Source: Phyllosticta citribraziliensis (lineage: Eukaryota). From it: a DNA stretch of 64,000 nt. Positions within the stretch are counted from its first letter, which is position 1. Every line of letters starts with the position of its first letter. The stretch spans positions 2,232,001 to 2,296,000 of the forward strand of contig NW_027117338.1 of the NCBI RefSeq assembly GCF_038025025.1, written 5' to 3'. Below the pieces are notes generated by a model that saw nothing but the letters and a program-made list of their open reading frames with translations, was not told the origin of the DNA and did not search any database. Made by a program: the position numbers and the translations under genes. Of the stretch, positions 26,176 to 39,420 are shown one piece after another.

Positions 26176-29100
26176 GGTGAAGATGGATGGATTGAGAGTC
26201 AAGGAATTAGGAAAGAGACATAGGTAGGGGTATGGTGTGCTGCGTGGTGGGGCAGCCGGACGGCGGCGAGTAAGCCTAATACAAGGACAGGTACAATGTA
26301 CTCACCGAGCAAACGTACTGCAAATAACGACATCCATCCAGTACCCCAGGTTGATGATGTCGACAAATGAATGATAGGTTGGATTGGCAAATTCGTCGGC
26401 CTCTACTCTCCCCACCGCCGAGCCAATCTCCCCCCCAAGACGCTCTTTACCCATCACGAGAGCAATGTCGAAAGCCAAATAAAATGGCGGTGGAAGAGTG
26501 TCCTCGCCTGCTGGAGAGTGGACGGCGGGCCTGATATAGGCGGAGATGCTGGTGGGCAAGGGAAGCAGGCAGGCAGGCAGGCAGGCAGACAGGCAGGCAG
26601 CTTTGCCGAGCTCCGCAGCCATCGTACCGGGCGTACTCAGTCAGGTACCTACGTACCCATCTACGTGCGTACCTTGTACATACCAAGCAGCTCGCAGCAC
26701 AGAGCCAAGGCAAGACCGGACAGCTAGTCAGACCCGTTCAAGGCGGAATCAGAAGAAAAGAGGCAAGTGTTTCGTTTGGATTCCGTTTGCGGCCAGAAGA
26801 GGAACAAGATGAGCGGCAGGGGTATGGAAAACAGCAAGTGCACGACTCTTTTCTCCCTACAATCTACCACGTACTGACGCGGCAGCCGTGTGTCAGGCGG
26901 TCAGGTCGCTCAGGTCGTCGTCGTGATGGTGGCCGGCAGGCAGGCAGGCAGAGCGCGCTTTACCGCTTTGCGAGCGAAGAGCGGCGGTTCCTGAGTCGGG
27001 GCGGGCCAGGGACGTGGACCGACTCCAATTCGCTAGGAGGTGTGCCACTTGGTAGTAGTGTGGGAGAGAGGTGGAAAGGGTGGTGGGTTATGGTGGTGGC
27101 CGTCGGCGAATTGTCCGTCGGCCGGATATGCACGCATGTGTGCAAGCATGCAGCTCAGGCAGATGATGCATATGTGAGAAGGGTAAGGAGAGAAAGTGGT
27201 GGAGCATGTAGTTGGGATACGTGAAGTGAGCAATGAGATATTCGACCTGTTTCGGAGACCGTGGGCCTTGCAGGTGCATTATTCATCTCTCGGTCAAGCG
27301 GCAGCGACAGTGGTCATACATGGAGAGGTTGGAGTCCTGGACATCGTCGAAGGGTGGGTGTTTGGACCAAGCAAGTCAGCAGAGAGAATGCACATGCCTC
27401 TGACTGCGTGCAGCCAGCAGAGGGCAAATACATGGCCACTCGTCTCTGGCCAGGCAAACGAGCAAGCAGGAAAAGGGCGTCAGATGCGACGAGTAGCATA
27501 CCTACAGACCAACATAACCCCCAGCCACAGGGCAACGACGACGACGATTGCAACGCAGTCAGAAAGGAAAAAAAAAAAAAAAAAAACACATCGCTTCGCC
27601 CCCCTTCCCTCTGGGGCAGGAGTGAGTTTGTAAACAACAACCTACCTACCGTACTCAACCACATGCCGCAGAATGCAATCCTCGTCCCAACCATCCACTC
27701 CAAACAGTCCCTTGCATTACACAAGAGTCGCGCAGCCACACCACCACACCGCGCCGTGTGTGACTGCATGCCGTCCCGACGCCCACCTGGGCGGGAGGCC
27801 GGTTGTCCGACGCATGTCCGTCCGTCTGGCTGTCGGTCGGTCGGTCGGATGGGCTGCTCTGTGGTTGTTAATATGTATGTAAAGGTGGTGGAGTAGCGCT
27901 GCTGCTGCTGCATGACGGACGGGTACGGGGGTCATCCGCAGCGGGCCTAAGCAGAGAGAGAGCATGTGCATCAGGGCATGGAGCCAGCCAGCCAGCCAAA
28001 CAGCAGCCTCAGACAACACCAAGACGCGATGGTGGTGGAGGTGGTGGAGGAGGGTCAGGAATTGGCGCGGTTGGCGCGTCACGGACGGGAGCCCTGCGTG
28101 CGGCAGTGGCTGGCGGGCGGCGTGACGGAGAGAGAGGGCTTGTGTGTGGACATGTCGGCGGAATTATTGGGAGTGAGCCATGGAGATCAGAGGACGTGTG
28201 GATGAGCAGCAGTCGCAGAAAGAGGGTGCAAATTGGGCGATCCTGCGCAATTTGCTACTGGCGCTGTGCTGTGACTTGTTGGGTTGGGATGGATGATTGC
28301 GACTCTGCGCGGACAGGCATGGCGTCAGGCCCTTCCTTTGGTCATCCCATATTGCTCCGCTGTGCAGTGCCGACGAGCGAGGGCGTCCGATGTGATGCTG
28401 CGGTGCGGTGCGGTTAGCTGCTGCTCAAGACCGGCGGGCGCCAGCTGACTGCGAAGATGACGGACGACAAGACCGACGACGAGTTGACTGCGGATGGTGC
28501 GGTGCAGTGCAGCAGGGCTCGCTTGTACCATCCCTGTCGCTCGCTCGCTCTGCCGCTGAACGCGTCCAAACCTGCACGAGACAATTTTCTCGGCTGCCCA
28601 GCCGAACACGCTCTGCAGCGCCGCCCTCGATCGATCGTCTCCGGCTGCTGACCTCGTTGCCACAGCATAGCAAAATTTGGCGTCCGGTGATAAGGCCGGC
28701 GTCATAGTTCTCTTGGTTTAACTCACGGCACACAGCAATGTCCTTTGTCCATGGTTGTTTGTAATATTTGTAATCCATTTGAAAGCTACCTGAGATGCAT
28801 AGTTTGCCTATGCTGATGCCACCGAAGGCACGCATTTCTTGTCAAGTCATGACAAACGCCGTGGTAGTGTGACCGCCCGAGAAACTTGCTCTGTAGCCGT
28901 AGCCAGAGTGCGTAAAGAAACGCCGTAGACCCCGAAGAGCAAAAGAGAAAATCCCACATTCCAGCACTTGGTATTGGGGGAAAGCAGACACAAAGAAAAT
29001 GTAGCGAGTGACTATGCATCGTCAAAATGCAAGCATGCAACCGTGACCACTGTGGCGGGGGCGTAGCAGCGTCGTAATGCAGTAAACAGAAGCCTGTGAC

Positions 29101-29432
29101 TGTGGTGCGCCTGACTCGACGTAGGTCCGACGTCACCGCCATCGTGAGTTACCCTCGGTGGGGTCTTCGCCTCACCATGGTCGAGGTGTGAGCAAGGAGG
29201 ATTCATGTAATCATCGCTCGTCGGTGAAAGCGAGCCGCCGAGCTGGCGATGAGGAAATCGGCCAACGTCTGAAACTCGGAACCACCGGTGCCTTGTAGCA
29301 GCGATGCTTGATTGCAGTACGGGTATGGAGAGATCTCCTCGGTGTGCGGAAGACACCAAAAATGCTCATGAAAACGAGACGTTTCTTTTTCCCCAAGATG
29401 ATTGGTTGGGTAGGAGGGGTTGGACGTGAAAC

Positions 29433-29972
29433 TCAGCAGCTGTCCACCGAGTTGGAGCTGGGGGAGATTGAGCCAGCCCGCTTGGCCTCTTCTTGAATGA
29501 GCTTTTCGACAAGCTCATTGCAGGCGGCGTCACTGGCGGAAGGCGTACTGGCACCAGCGAGAAGATAGTCGCCGTTTGAACCCTCGAGTTCGAGCGGCGT
29601 GACGGGACCGGGGCTTCCGAGAGGGTTCAGCCGGGGGCTGACGGGCCGGTTTCCAGGCAGAGGATTCCGGGCAACAGCGTTCGCAACGAGATCACGCTGG
29701 TAGAAGTAAAGTTGCCTCTGAGCCTCCGAGTACTGCTTCTGCTGAGAGCGAGGCGATGGCGGAGGAGGCGGGCTGGCGGAGCTGGAGTGGGGCGTGGAAG
29801 ACTGGCTCGAGGATTGCGAGGGAAAGTTGGCGGGGTGGAAGCGCGGAAGGCTTGGAAGCTTGAGGTGGTTCTTGGAGGCGCCGAGATGTTGCCTGTGAGG
29901 TCGAAGACGAGGCATCTGAGAAGGAAGAGCGAGAGTGTCGGCACCCTGGCGTGAGAGCATGGTGGAAGGCAT
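29433..29972 (-). CDS. Conserved fungal hypothetical Ser/Pro-rich protein
   Basis: Strong start context CACCACAATGC; 179-aa intronless frame with LPSLPRFHPA and SPRL.PLGSPGPVTPLELE..DYL motifs that I recall from Pezizomycotina hypothetical proteins (not checked by search). Confidence 0.75.
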   Translation of the reverse strand: MPSTMLSRQGADTLALPSQMPRLRPHRQHLGASKNHLKLPSLPRFHPANFPSQSSSQSSTPHSSSASPPPPPSPRSQQKQYSEAQRQLYFYQRDLVANAVARNPLPGNRPVSPRLNPLGSPGPVTPLELEGSNGDYLLAGASTPSASDAACNELVEKLIQEEAKRAGSISPSSNSVDSC

Positions 29973-32900
29973 TGTGGTGGTGATGTTGGGAGTGGTTTCT
30001 CGAGGCTGAGCTAGGTTGTTGTTGGTGATGATGGCAGGTTGTTGGTCTCTTGGATGACAACTCAGCGAGGTGAGAGTTGTGGCCGGCAAAGAGGGTTGAA
30101 TGAAGGCGAGGACGGAGTGGAGATTGAGGATTAAAGGGCTGATGAAGGGAGCAGACGAAGGATACTAAAAGAACGAGGTAGCACAGGCTTCTTGTTCCCT
30201 GTCGGCATGGTTGGGCGGGGGATGCTGGTTATGTAGGGAAGCGAGATGATTGCCAGGCTGGGTGCCGGCGTTAAAGCGGCGTGTTGCAGGGGACCGCCGT
30301 GGGTGGGGAGCCTACAGGTCCAGGGTACGAGTAAATTTGGCAGCCAACACGGCGATCCCTCTCCCTCTCCCTCCCCCTCCACCTACGCACCTGGTCACAA
30401 AGACATTCGGACTACTGACTACCGACTACTCCTGCGTACAGACTGCTACACCAAGCGTGGATCCGATGACCTCCTGTCTTCACCTTTTCTCAGTGACGAC
30501 CTGACCAGCACTTGCCAGTCTTCGCGCCACGGCACTCCGTAGCCTCCGTCCCTTCCCTTCAGGCGTCCCAGAGTGCAACGGCAGGTCGATGCACTCTGCC
30601 GGCCACGACTTCTGCCGTCAGGAATGCTGCTGACTGAGCCTCTCGTTTTCGTCTCCAGAGCCCTAACTGCACCGCCATGTCCGCGATAACCTCTCCAAGC
30701 CTGTGGCGGCTGTGCTGGCACGCCCAGCCCAGCCCAGCCCAGCGAACGTCATGAACTTCGATCCCATTCTTGCTTCAATCCCTCCAGACAAAGACCCGTC
30801 TGACGGCGTGACGCAGACCTGAGAAGCCTCCTCGCTGTTCCCAACCCAACCCTCAACAGAATGGATGCTCCGACAAACATTCGACCCTCTGCATGCACAC
30901 TCCTGGCCCCCGAAACCAGCCTCCACGAGCCCTATCTGCCGTGCCCTCAAGATTCAAACTTATGTGACAACATGGTGCTATTTCGGGCCTGCCAGCCCTA
31001 GGAATGAAAAAAAAGAGGTCCTCTTTTTGTCCACCTTGAAGCTGCGCCAAGCCGCACACGCACGCAGAATCAGATACGGCTCCGGGCCAATGATCTGCTC
31101 CCGTTCGCGGGCCGTCGACGCCAACACCAAAGCGCCCCCCCAGCCAGTCAACAGCCAGCCCGCCTAACCACACGAGCATAGACTCACGAAAAGGAAAAGT
31201 TGTCGACGCCTTGCACGCTTGCCCTGCCTGACGCTGCGCTGTTGCGCTGAATAACCGCGTCACTGATTCGCGCATTGGAGCTTTAATCTGGCAGCTTCTA
31301 GACCGCGTCCTGGCGATCGAGCTTCGAGGCCACAGGGCCACCGCTGCCCACCGCGGTTGTTTCAAGCGGCAGCGCCCGGATCGACCACTCCTGCGCGCAT
31401 TGCTGCTTTGGCTTCTTTTGGCTGTCTTTGCTTCTGGCAGGGGTCGCGACGCTTGTCCGCCCCGTCACAGGAATGACCCCAATCCAACATCGTCATCAGC
31501 GCACAAGAGCTCCACGCAGGGCTCCATCCTGCTGGGCTCGAGCTAGTCCGAACCGTTCTCGTTGCCGCTATTGCCTTGCTGCTACTGCTGCTGCAATGTC
31601 CAAACCAAGACGAAAGGGGAACTGCACGCCAACCAAACCAGTTACTGCAGCATCCTAGTCCCAACTGTCGGGACCACTGCGCGCTGCCAGCCCTGGCCGA
31701 GGAGTTTTGCGTCCATCGAGACCCGAAGCTCTGCTAGTCTCAGGGCCAAGGCAGACAGGAGACCGTTGCGGTTGGCACCGCCCAGACCAGCCTGCTAGCC
31801 CACCAGCCCACCAGCCCACCGGGCTCGTCTCAGGACGGCCGCAAGGCTTCGACGGCGATGAGGAGGCGCCCACAATCCGCGTAGCCATCGCCGACCAGAG
31901 CGACCAAAAGAGCTCGGAGCGCGAGCGGATTCGGACGCGCCGCGAATCGCGTTCCTGTCGCGTCGTGTTTGGAGTTGATGCGACGTAGGTCCAATCTGTT
32001 CACCCTCACTACTCGTGATATTGAGGGCGGATATTACTTCAAGGTACAAGAGTCGTGATAGCAACAAGAGAGCCAAGACGGTCCAACTAGCCAGCCACCC
32101 GTTTTTGTGGCTGTCCCGCGCTACGCTCGATGCGGTTACGACGACTTGCTGCGTTTGCTCGACGTACTCGAGAACACCGTCTTCCGCTGACCCCTTGCGC
32201 TTCTCAATATCGAAGAGATGCGAATGTTCCTTGTTGGTCGCTTCATCCAGCGTTTCCTTCTGCATGACAAAATCCAGAGTCAACCGCAGTGTTGGATGCG
32301 TAGAAGCCCAAGCCGAGGCAGCCAGTCCTGATACAGCCATACGTCAACGCATTGTTCGTAGAAGACTCGATACAGTTCTCTCCAGCAGCAGTGACGCAAT
32401 GCTGCAGCAGAAGCGTGAAGGCGATGATGTGATGGGCAGCAACGGCAGTCAGTCAGCTAGCTAGCTCGTTGGCTAGCTGGCGAAAGACAGCAGCTATCGA
32501 TCCAGCTACCAGCCATGACGTCTGTCTGCCTGCCTGCCGCTGTCAAAAGGCAACCATGAAGACAGACCCTGAGCTGAGCCACCGTCTGCGTGCCCAACCG
32601 CCAGCCGTCAACAACGACAAACGACAACGATGAGACGGCGAAGGATGGCCGGCTGAGGCCAAAACAGGGTCCAGCAGACAACGACCCCCCCCAAAAACAT
32701 CCACCACACAACCTCGGCCACGCATCACCTCCTGCAAAAAGAAACAACACCAGGGCCCTGCGACGACGCGGCAGCGACCATGCCCGCCTTCCCGCTGCCT
32801 ACCCGACCCGTCTGTTTGTCTGTCTGTCCCTTTGGATAGCTCTTCGCGTCGTTGCGATTCCGTCCATTCAGGGTGCTGCAAGGAGGTAAAATGACGCCAA

Positions 32901-33047
32901 CCCCCGATTGCAGCCGCCGCCAGCCAGGGACGTGGGAATCGGGCTGCCGGGATGCTGGGGTGAGGGCGCGGAAGAGGCTCAGTTGTCGGCCAACTTTGAG
33001 CTTGCAATCTCGACGGCCGTCACCCTTTGCTTGGGTGGGGGGGGGAA

Positions 33048-33100
33048 ATGAGATGAGATGAGATGAGGTGGGCTTGCTTGCTTGCTTGCTCGCTCGCTCG
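33048..33100. repeat. Compound microsatellite (ATGAG)n-(GCTT)n-(GCTC)n
   Basis: Direct inspection. Confidence 0.8.
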
Positions 33101-34320
33101 CGCAGTCTTCGCAATGGTGACACTCACGGCTATCGTGCAGTGAGAAGAGGGGTGTCAGTCCATTTTCTTTATTCCAGTTCAGACTGATTGTTGATGTCGT
33201 GGTCAACTGCCCTGCTCATCCACGAAACGCGTCGAAAGCGAGATTAAATTGGTCCAATGCTACATCATGTTCCCGAGGAAGGAACACACGCACGCAACAA
33301 ACAAGGCTGGGCCAGGGGCAGAAATCAAGCGAACCCTATGGCGCCACGTCTGTCCGGTTGGAAGCTGACATAGGGCTGACACGACTGACTCTGCATCACT
33401 CTCATCACGGAGCAGGGTCCACGGCCCACTCAGGAAACGCACGGTTGACTCTCTCTCCATTCTTTTTCCTCTTCAACTCAGCACAGTAAGCTCATAGCCA
33501 GTCAATCAGTCAGTTCACTATACTTTACTTCCCGGCCCCGTTGAGCATCAGGCATTGTTTCGTGCATCAAAGTAAAGCGTTCGATCATGGCACGCTCCGC
33601 CCTTCATCATCTCTTGCTGCCTTTACTTACTCCCAGTCCCAACCGTAAAGGTCAGTGTGTCGCTTTGACTTGCCTCTTTACCCTGTGATACATTGCGGCG
33701 GGCGAGGAGCGTGCGGATCGGAGCGTCGAGCGTCGGAAAAACAAATGGGAGACGCGTCTATCTAGGTTGTCCGGGATGGGTTTGAGGTGATTGATTGGGA
33801 GATGAGATTAGATGGCGGAACTGACACCGTTTGCCGTCCACTCTGGGCAATTGGACAAGGCTTTTGGCCTTTCTTGGTTCAATTGTTTGACTGGTGGCGA
33901 TGATGATGGTGAACAAGGCTGACAGAATTGGTGGGCTAGACTTCTTGACTGACCAACATGCATTGAAGCCAACAAAGAGTGAATAAGTGCTTCGAAACCC
34001 GAGACCAAGATGCCCACAAGACTTCTCTGCCATCAAGAAGACAAGCGAAACAAGAACCACGCCTTCGTGCCACGCACGGCCAATCCCCCCACCGCCGGTA
34101 ATGCAAAACGAAAACACAAAAAATAATGGCCGTCGTCGTTCGTTGCTTTTGCGTGCCGACCACCGCTGCGCTGCCAACGGAAATTCAAAACCTTGTCTAC
34201 GCCCTACAATGAAACACCATGATACGAATACTACGCGCTTCCCCGCGTGGGGAAAGAAACATGAATGGCCATGACAGGACAAGCTCTCACACGCATCTCA
34301 TCCCCCTCACACCCCCAATC

Positions 34321-36418
34321 TCATCTCCAGTTGCCTTGGCTGAGCTTGAGCAAGCCCTGCACGCAGCCAAGCTCCTCGCCGCTTGACACGCTTGTCCGCT
34401 GGCTTTGGCTGTGGCTCCCCGGCCCTGGGGCGGCAGCTGCAGTCGTTGAGGAGGCCCCTCCTTCCATGAACGCTCGGAGCTCATCGTCGTCCTCAGGGTT
34501 GATCGTGATGCTAGCTCCCTGCCGACTAACATTGCTACGCGCCGACGAAGCACCCAGTGGCCTGCGCTGTGAAACCGCCGAGGAACTCTTCAAGCTCTTG
34601 GAGCGGTCCATGAAGGCCTCGAAGCTCCCGACGCCACCGCTGCTCGTAATAATGTTGGTGTTCTCGCCCAGCGGAACCCTGCGCCGCGAAGAAGACAGAG
34701 TTGGTGCACCGCCGCCGCTGCCTTCCATGGTGGGTTTGGTGCTGCGGCGCTGGCCGGCTCCCAGTGCCCCGGGCTCCCAATTCTCCTTGTCTGACTCGGT
34801 TTGTGGTATTTCAAAGCCGTCTCCGTCCTTCCCTGTCGACGCTTGCGTTCTCGACGTCTGGCTTCGCTGTACTGATGATCGCGCATTGTTGACCGCTTTA
34901 CCGCCCTGCAGGCGCCCCAGAGAAGACGTTGCACGTGACAGGGGAGGTCGATGTGTACCCCTTTCATCAACCCTCTGCCGCTTTCCCATGCCTGGAGCGT
35001 GAGACATGAGCTGAGCACCTCGTTTTCCAGGGGTTGTTTTGAGGGAACTCCTGCTCGTTGAACGAATCAAGCCAATAGCATCGGCTGCGGATCCACTACC
35101 TTCTTGGTTCGCCTTGACCGTAAGAGAGTTCCGAGCATCACTGTCACACCAAAACTCCCACGCCCTTGAATCACGGGATCGACCACTTGTCGACCACGGC
35201 AGAGACGGCGAAGCTGTGGCCTTGAATTTCTCATTCAATCCAGCGGCACTGAAACTCCGGCGCAAGCCACCCCTCTCGCCATCAAAAGTGGCTGGCGTTG
35301 GCTGAGACCGTGGGGGGGAAGGGGAATCTTCGCTGCTAACCACCCTTGCCTTTCCGTCCTCAGTCATCGACAGTCGCACAAACGAACTCGATTTTCGGAG
35401 AGTCCGAGCTGGAGTCTGGTTCTCAGGCGCCGGGGCAACATGAGGCTTTTCGTTTGAAGTCTCTTCGTATGTCTTGGCAAAGGACTGGCTCCGCCGGTTC
35501 GCAAGATAGCCAATTGATTTGGACGAGCTTTCTTGGGATGACGGTATTGGCTGAGAGCTGCCCATGTCTGCCGTTGGCACTGCCGTTGGCACAGCTGTTG
35601 GCGGTTGATTCACACGTGGCTCTGCCGTTGCAACATTGGGTTGTACATCGTCCGTTTGTGGAACAGGTGGGACATCCCTCTTGATAACAGATTCGGGTTG
35701 TTGCGAGGGCGGTTGAGACGGAGTTGCCGCGTCGCTCTCGCGCTGAACAGATGCATCGCGCTCTTCAGGTTTCCCCACGGCCTCTTCTTGGGGACTCGTC
35801 CCTTCCTTGTTATCCGCTGTGTTTCCGGGCGATGAGGAAAACGCGTCATCCACGTCCGATTCTCGCGAGAGCGATTGAAGGTGTGCCTGAATCTCATGGG
35901 GCTCTAGGGGTCTGGATCTGCGGTTGTCCTTTTGACGGCGATTTTGGAACCAAACCTGAAGATGTTCACGTTAGCTTTGGCGACGGTTGTTGGTGTGTGC
36001 GACCCACCTGCACCTCCTTCTCCCCAAGCGCGACGCGCCTCACAATGTCCAATCGCTCGTTTCTATCGGGCTTGGAGTTTTTCTGATATTCCGTCTCCAA
36101 TATTTTCTGATCCTCGGGACTGTGGTGCAATGTCGAGTTAGCAGCGCGTCAAGGCACCGATCTTTATCCCTTGCTCCGGTCGCTGAGGGCCGATCGCCAC
36201 TTGTAACGACGCGTTTCGAGGGTGGGAGGGACAAATCCGTGAAAGCTAGAGGCGTACCTTGTTCGTCGACGCCGTTGGCGAGCCAGAGGCTTGTTGTCGA
36301 CATTGGGTGGAAGATTCCGTTGAATCAGGTCTGGGGATGACACGAGGAAGGCGAAGGATGAGGGGGGACTTGGGACCTTGGGCGCGCCTACCGAGCGAGC
36401 AGGAGGAGGATCGCTCAT
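34321..36418 (-). CDS. YOX1: Homeobox transcription factor, Yox1/Yhp1-like
   Basis: Spliced homeodomain RQRRRRTSPEDQKILETEYQKNSKPDRNERLDIVRRVALGEKEVQVWFQNRRQK plus the RLSMTEDGKA motif. Exons 36418-36258, 36119-36008, 35955-34321. Confidence 0.88.
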
Positions 36419-36472
36419 AGCTATCAAGTGCGCGATGGGGGAGATGGGAAATAGAGAATGGTGTTGCGATGG

Positions 36473-36792
36473 ACGCGTCGAGGCGGAGGTGTGCGAAGCG
36501 GAGGAGACGCGTCCAGCTGAGCGATGCGAGAGGGTGCACTGACGGTTCCGCGGTAATGATGCGAGATGCGTTAGCGAAGACGGCCCCAAGCATGCCGCAA
36601 CAGCCTCGCCAAAACACTGCAGCCCTTTTCGCGCACATTCAAGCTTTGATCCAACAGCTCGGTATTCTTTGAATGTGTTGCGCGCTCGATTTTCGATTTC
36701 TCTTCTGCAGATCAGCAAGAGGCAAAACACGGTATCCACGCGGCCTCACGTGCACGCCAAATCCGAGGCCGTTCCCTTTTCGCCTGTAAACA
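36473..36792. promoter_or_regulatory. Putative MCB (ACGCGT) and forkhead (GTAAACA) sites upstream of the Yox1-like gene
   Basis: ACGCGT at 36473 and 36507, ACGCG at 36738, GTAAACAAACAA at 36786. Confidence 0.4.
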
Positions 36793-38994
36793 AACAACAA
36801 AACAGCCTCATCCTCTGAACTTGCATGAAATGGCTTTACTAGTCGCGATGAGGTCGTCTTGACTTTATGATTGTCTGTTGATCATGGCCAGTGTCACGCG
36901 ACTGCAACCAAGTCAGATCCGCGTATTTTCCCTGAGTCTCCTCAAGTTTTGCCTTGTCCAGATGTGTCTCCACTCCCACGCTGCCTGGAAGTCGGGGAGT
37001 CTTGTGAGAAGGACGGACGCGATCCAATTCCGTGTGGCCTTTGAATTCAGATTCTCTGATGTTTCTGCACAGTGATTGCTCTGTGCCCTTGTAGTTTTCG
37101 TGGAATTTGTTATTCCTTTAATTCAGATCAATTCAAAAGAAACCCCCTTGTTCTCCTGAAAAGATTTTCTGGACTCTGTCGTACCCAGTCTCTATGATTG
37201 CCTCCACCATTTCGACCATTTGTAACTATCGTACAATAGTACTATACAAGCTGGATTTACATGTCCCGGGTACAAACTCTCGCGGGCCAATATATCCCTC
37301 CAGCTTTGATTCACTTTTGACCGGTTCTTAAAAGCTTCGACACTGTGGATTTTGTCAACCCTGAAGGATCTAATACTAGAATGACTGACTGGTCCCTTGC
37401 TCGCAAACCAGCGAAAGAAACGAATTTATACAGAGATGAAACGCGTGATATCACACTCAAGACTGACAGCGAACTTATTCTCTAGCCTTGCATTTTCTGC
37501 AACAAGACTAAAGACATTCTCTAAGCAAAGCAGGTTGATTCATGCCTCGCTACGACTGACTGAACTGCCGCGGGATCGCAGTCATGAATTCGCCACCAGT
37601 GTAAAGGTGACAAAGCAGTGTCGTAGTCGCCTTCATTCCCTATTCCCACGTCGAACTCATAGTTCGACACGGACGAAGGTGACCAGTTCCTTAGTCTACC
37701 TGGGCTTGATGCTCTTTTCGGACAAACGTGTCATGTGGAAAAGACAACGTGAGCAAGGACTTGACTTGAGCAGGTCAACGCTCCCTTTGCGCATTCTTGT
37801 TCTTTGAACTTGCTCTGGATCAGTCTTTGCCATGATGGACCGGGCTAAGGAGACCTTGCAGTAGCTCTCATTGGCTGATATTCTTCGCCGCCTGATTTAC
37901 CTTTGTAGAAGAACAACAAGGCAGTTCGATGGGAGAAGTGCAACGGGACGGCCCGCTCCGAACAGGGGATAACAACCTGGATGGCAGGTTAAAAGATTGG
38001 AGATGGGAACGAATTCTGGGGAATCGAGCGGTGATCCAACGTCAGGGTAACGTGGTTCGTGGCTTCGATAGATCACCATGTGACTTGGCTTGATTCAGAT
38101 AGCAGACTGGCGTTTGGAGGTCTTTGGCAGAATTCAAGAAGTTAGTCCTGGCCAAAGTGCAGTGGTGCCGTACGAAAGTCCTTGACCCTCTGACGTTTGA
38201 GGATGCTCAGGGCAGGTATAATGAGGGCTAGATCGAATCCCACGTGTTGAGGACCTCAAATTCTTCTGCTCAGTCAAGGCACGCAAGTTTGTCCAGTGGT
38301 AGAGGAGGGGGATCGTTACACAACCCAATCTGGCTGGTCATCACATGCCATTGGGCCGTCCTTTGTTCGCTGAGGATTGGCTGTACTACCCAAACAGCAG
38401 TGTCACTGTTGGACAAGCCCTCTTTCTGAGAATTGAGCTGATGGAACTCAATCGAACCAACATCGTAGGTGATCAGGGTCCATGGCTTCGGGCAGAGTGT
38501 CAGGCACCAGGGACGCAGGAAAGGGTCGTCATCAGGCGGGAGGGAACAGGTGAAGTGACGAAAGCGATGGATTGGCGGCGGAGACGGTGGGTTGAGAGTG
38601 CCTTGGCAGGCGTGGAGGCGTTTGCGTCATGGGCGGAGCTGGAGGGCGGAACGTGTGCCTTAGATGCCTGATTGTTGCCGTAGCGGGAAAAAGGGAGGAC
38701 AGATCTGTCGATGGGATTTCGCCAGACTTCGATCCGTTTGCCCCTGCGTGGGGGTGAGCCTGATTGCGGATGATGCGCGTCGGTGGGGAACACCCGCAGC
38801 CCTGGCGACCTGCCCGTGACGTCACACACCCATCACCTCAACAGCTGCACTACAAAATAGCCTCCAACCACTGCCTCACCTCTGCACTTCTACAACTCAC
38901 ACAACACACCAATCAACAATCAACCACTCTCACATCAACACCAACTCCAATCTCTTCAATCAACCCTTTCCAACCACACCTCAAATCCATCATC

Positions 38995-39420
38995 ATGCCC
39001 GTCACCAACATGCAGTAAGTCCACCCCCAACGTCAATTGAGCACCCTGGTGCTAACAAAGCTTAGGCCTACCTCCGGTGTCGACCGCGCCAACCCCAAGA
39101 CCGTCGAGGAGCGCCAGGCGAACCTCCCTCTTCCCGAACAACCTCCCGTTGCCTCTGACTGGAACTCGGCCGACGCCTCCAAGGTCAACGTTGGCTCTGG
39201 CAAGATTGAGTCCGACATCTCCCACGGCGCTGGCAACGACAGCCTGCGCGGCCCCTCTTCCGCCGACAGCAACGTCCGCACCAGCGGCGAGACCGGCTTC
39301 CCCACCACCGACATCAACGTTGGCAGGACAGCCAAGGACGGCCTCTCTGGCCTTCCCAACGACGCCGTCACAAGGGACGCCAAGGGCCACCCTGGTCTCT
39401 CCAACACCACCAAGCAATAA
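38995..39420 (+). CDS. Small hydrophilic fungal protein (124 aa)
   Basis: Exon 1 38995-39014, GTAAGT..GCTAAC..TAG intron 39015-39065, exon 2 39066-39420. Strong C-ending codon bias, CA-rich 5' leader, motif RQANLPLPEQPPVASDWNSAD. Confidence 0.85.

Noticed and set aside
31795..32464. Overlapping 181-aa (-) and 149-aa (+) ORFs in the gene-poor region
   Set aside because: No recognisable domain, codon bias or splice structure; cannot be supported as genes.
37050..38450. AT-richer stretch upstream of the Yox1-like gene, considered as a RIP-mutated transposon relic
   Set aside because: No terminal repeats, target-site duplication or transposase/RT motifs visible.
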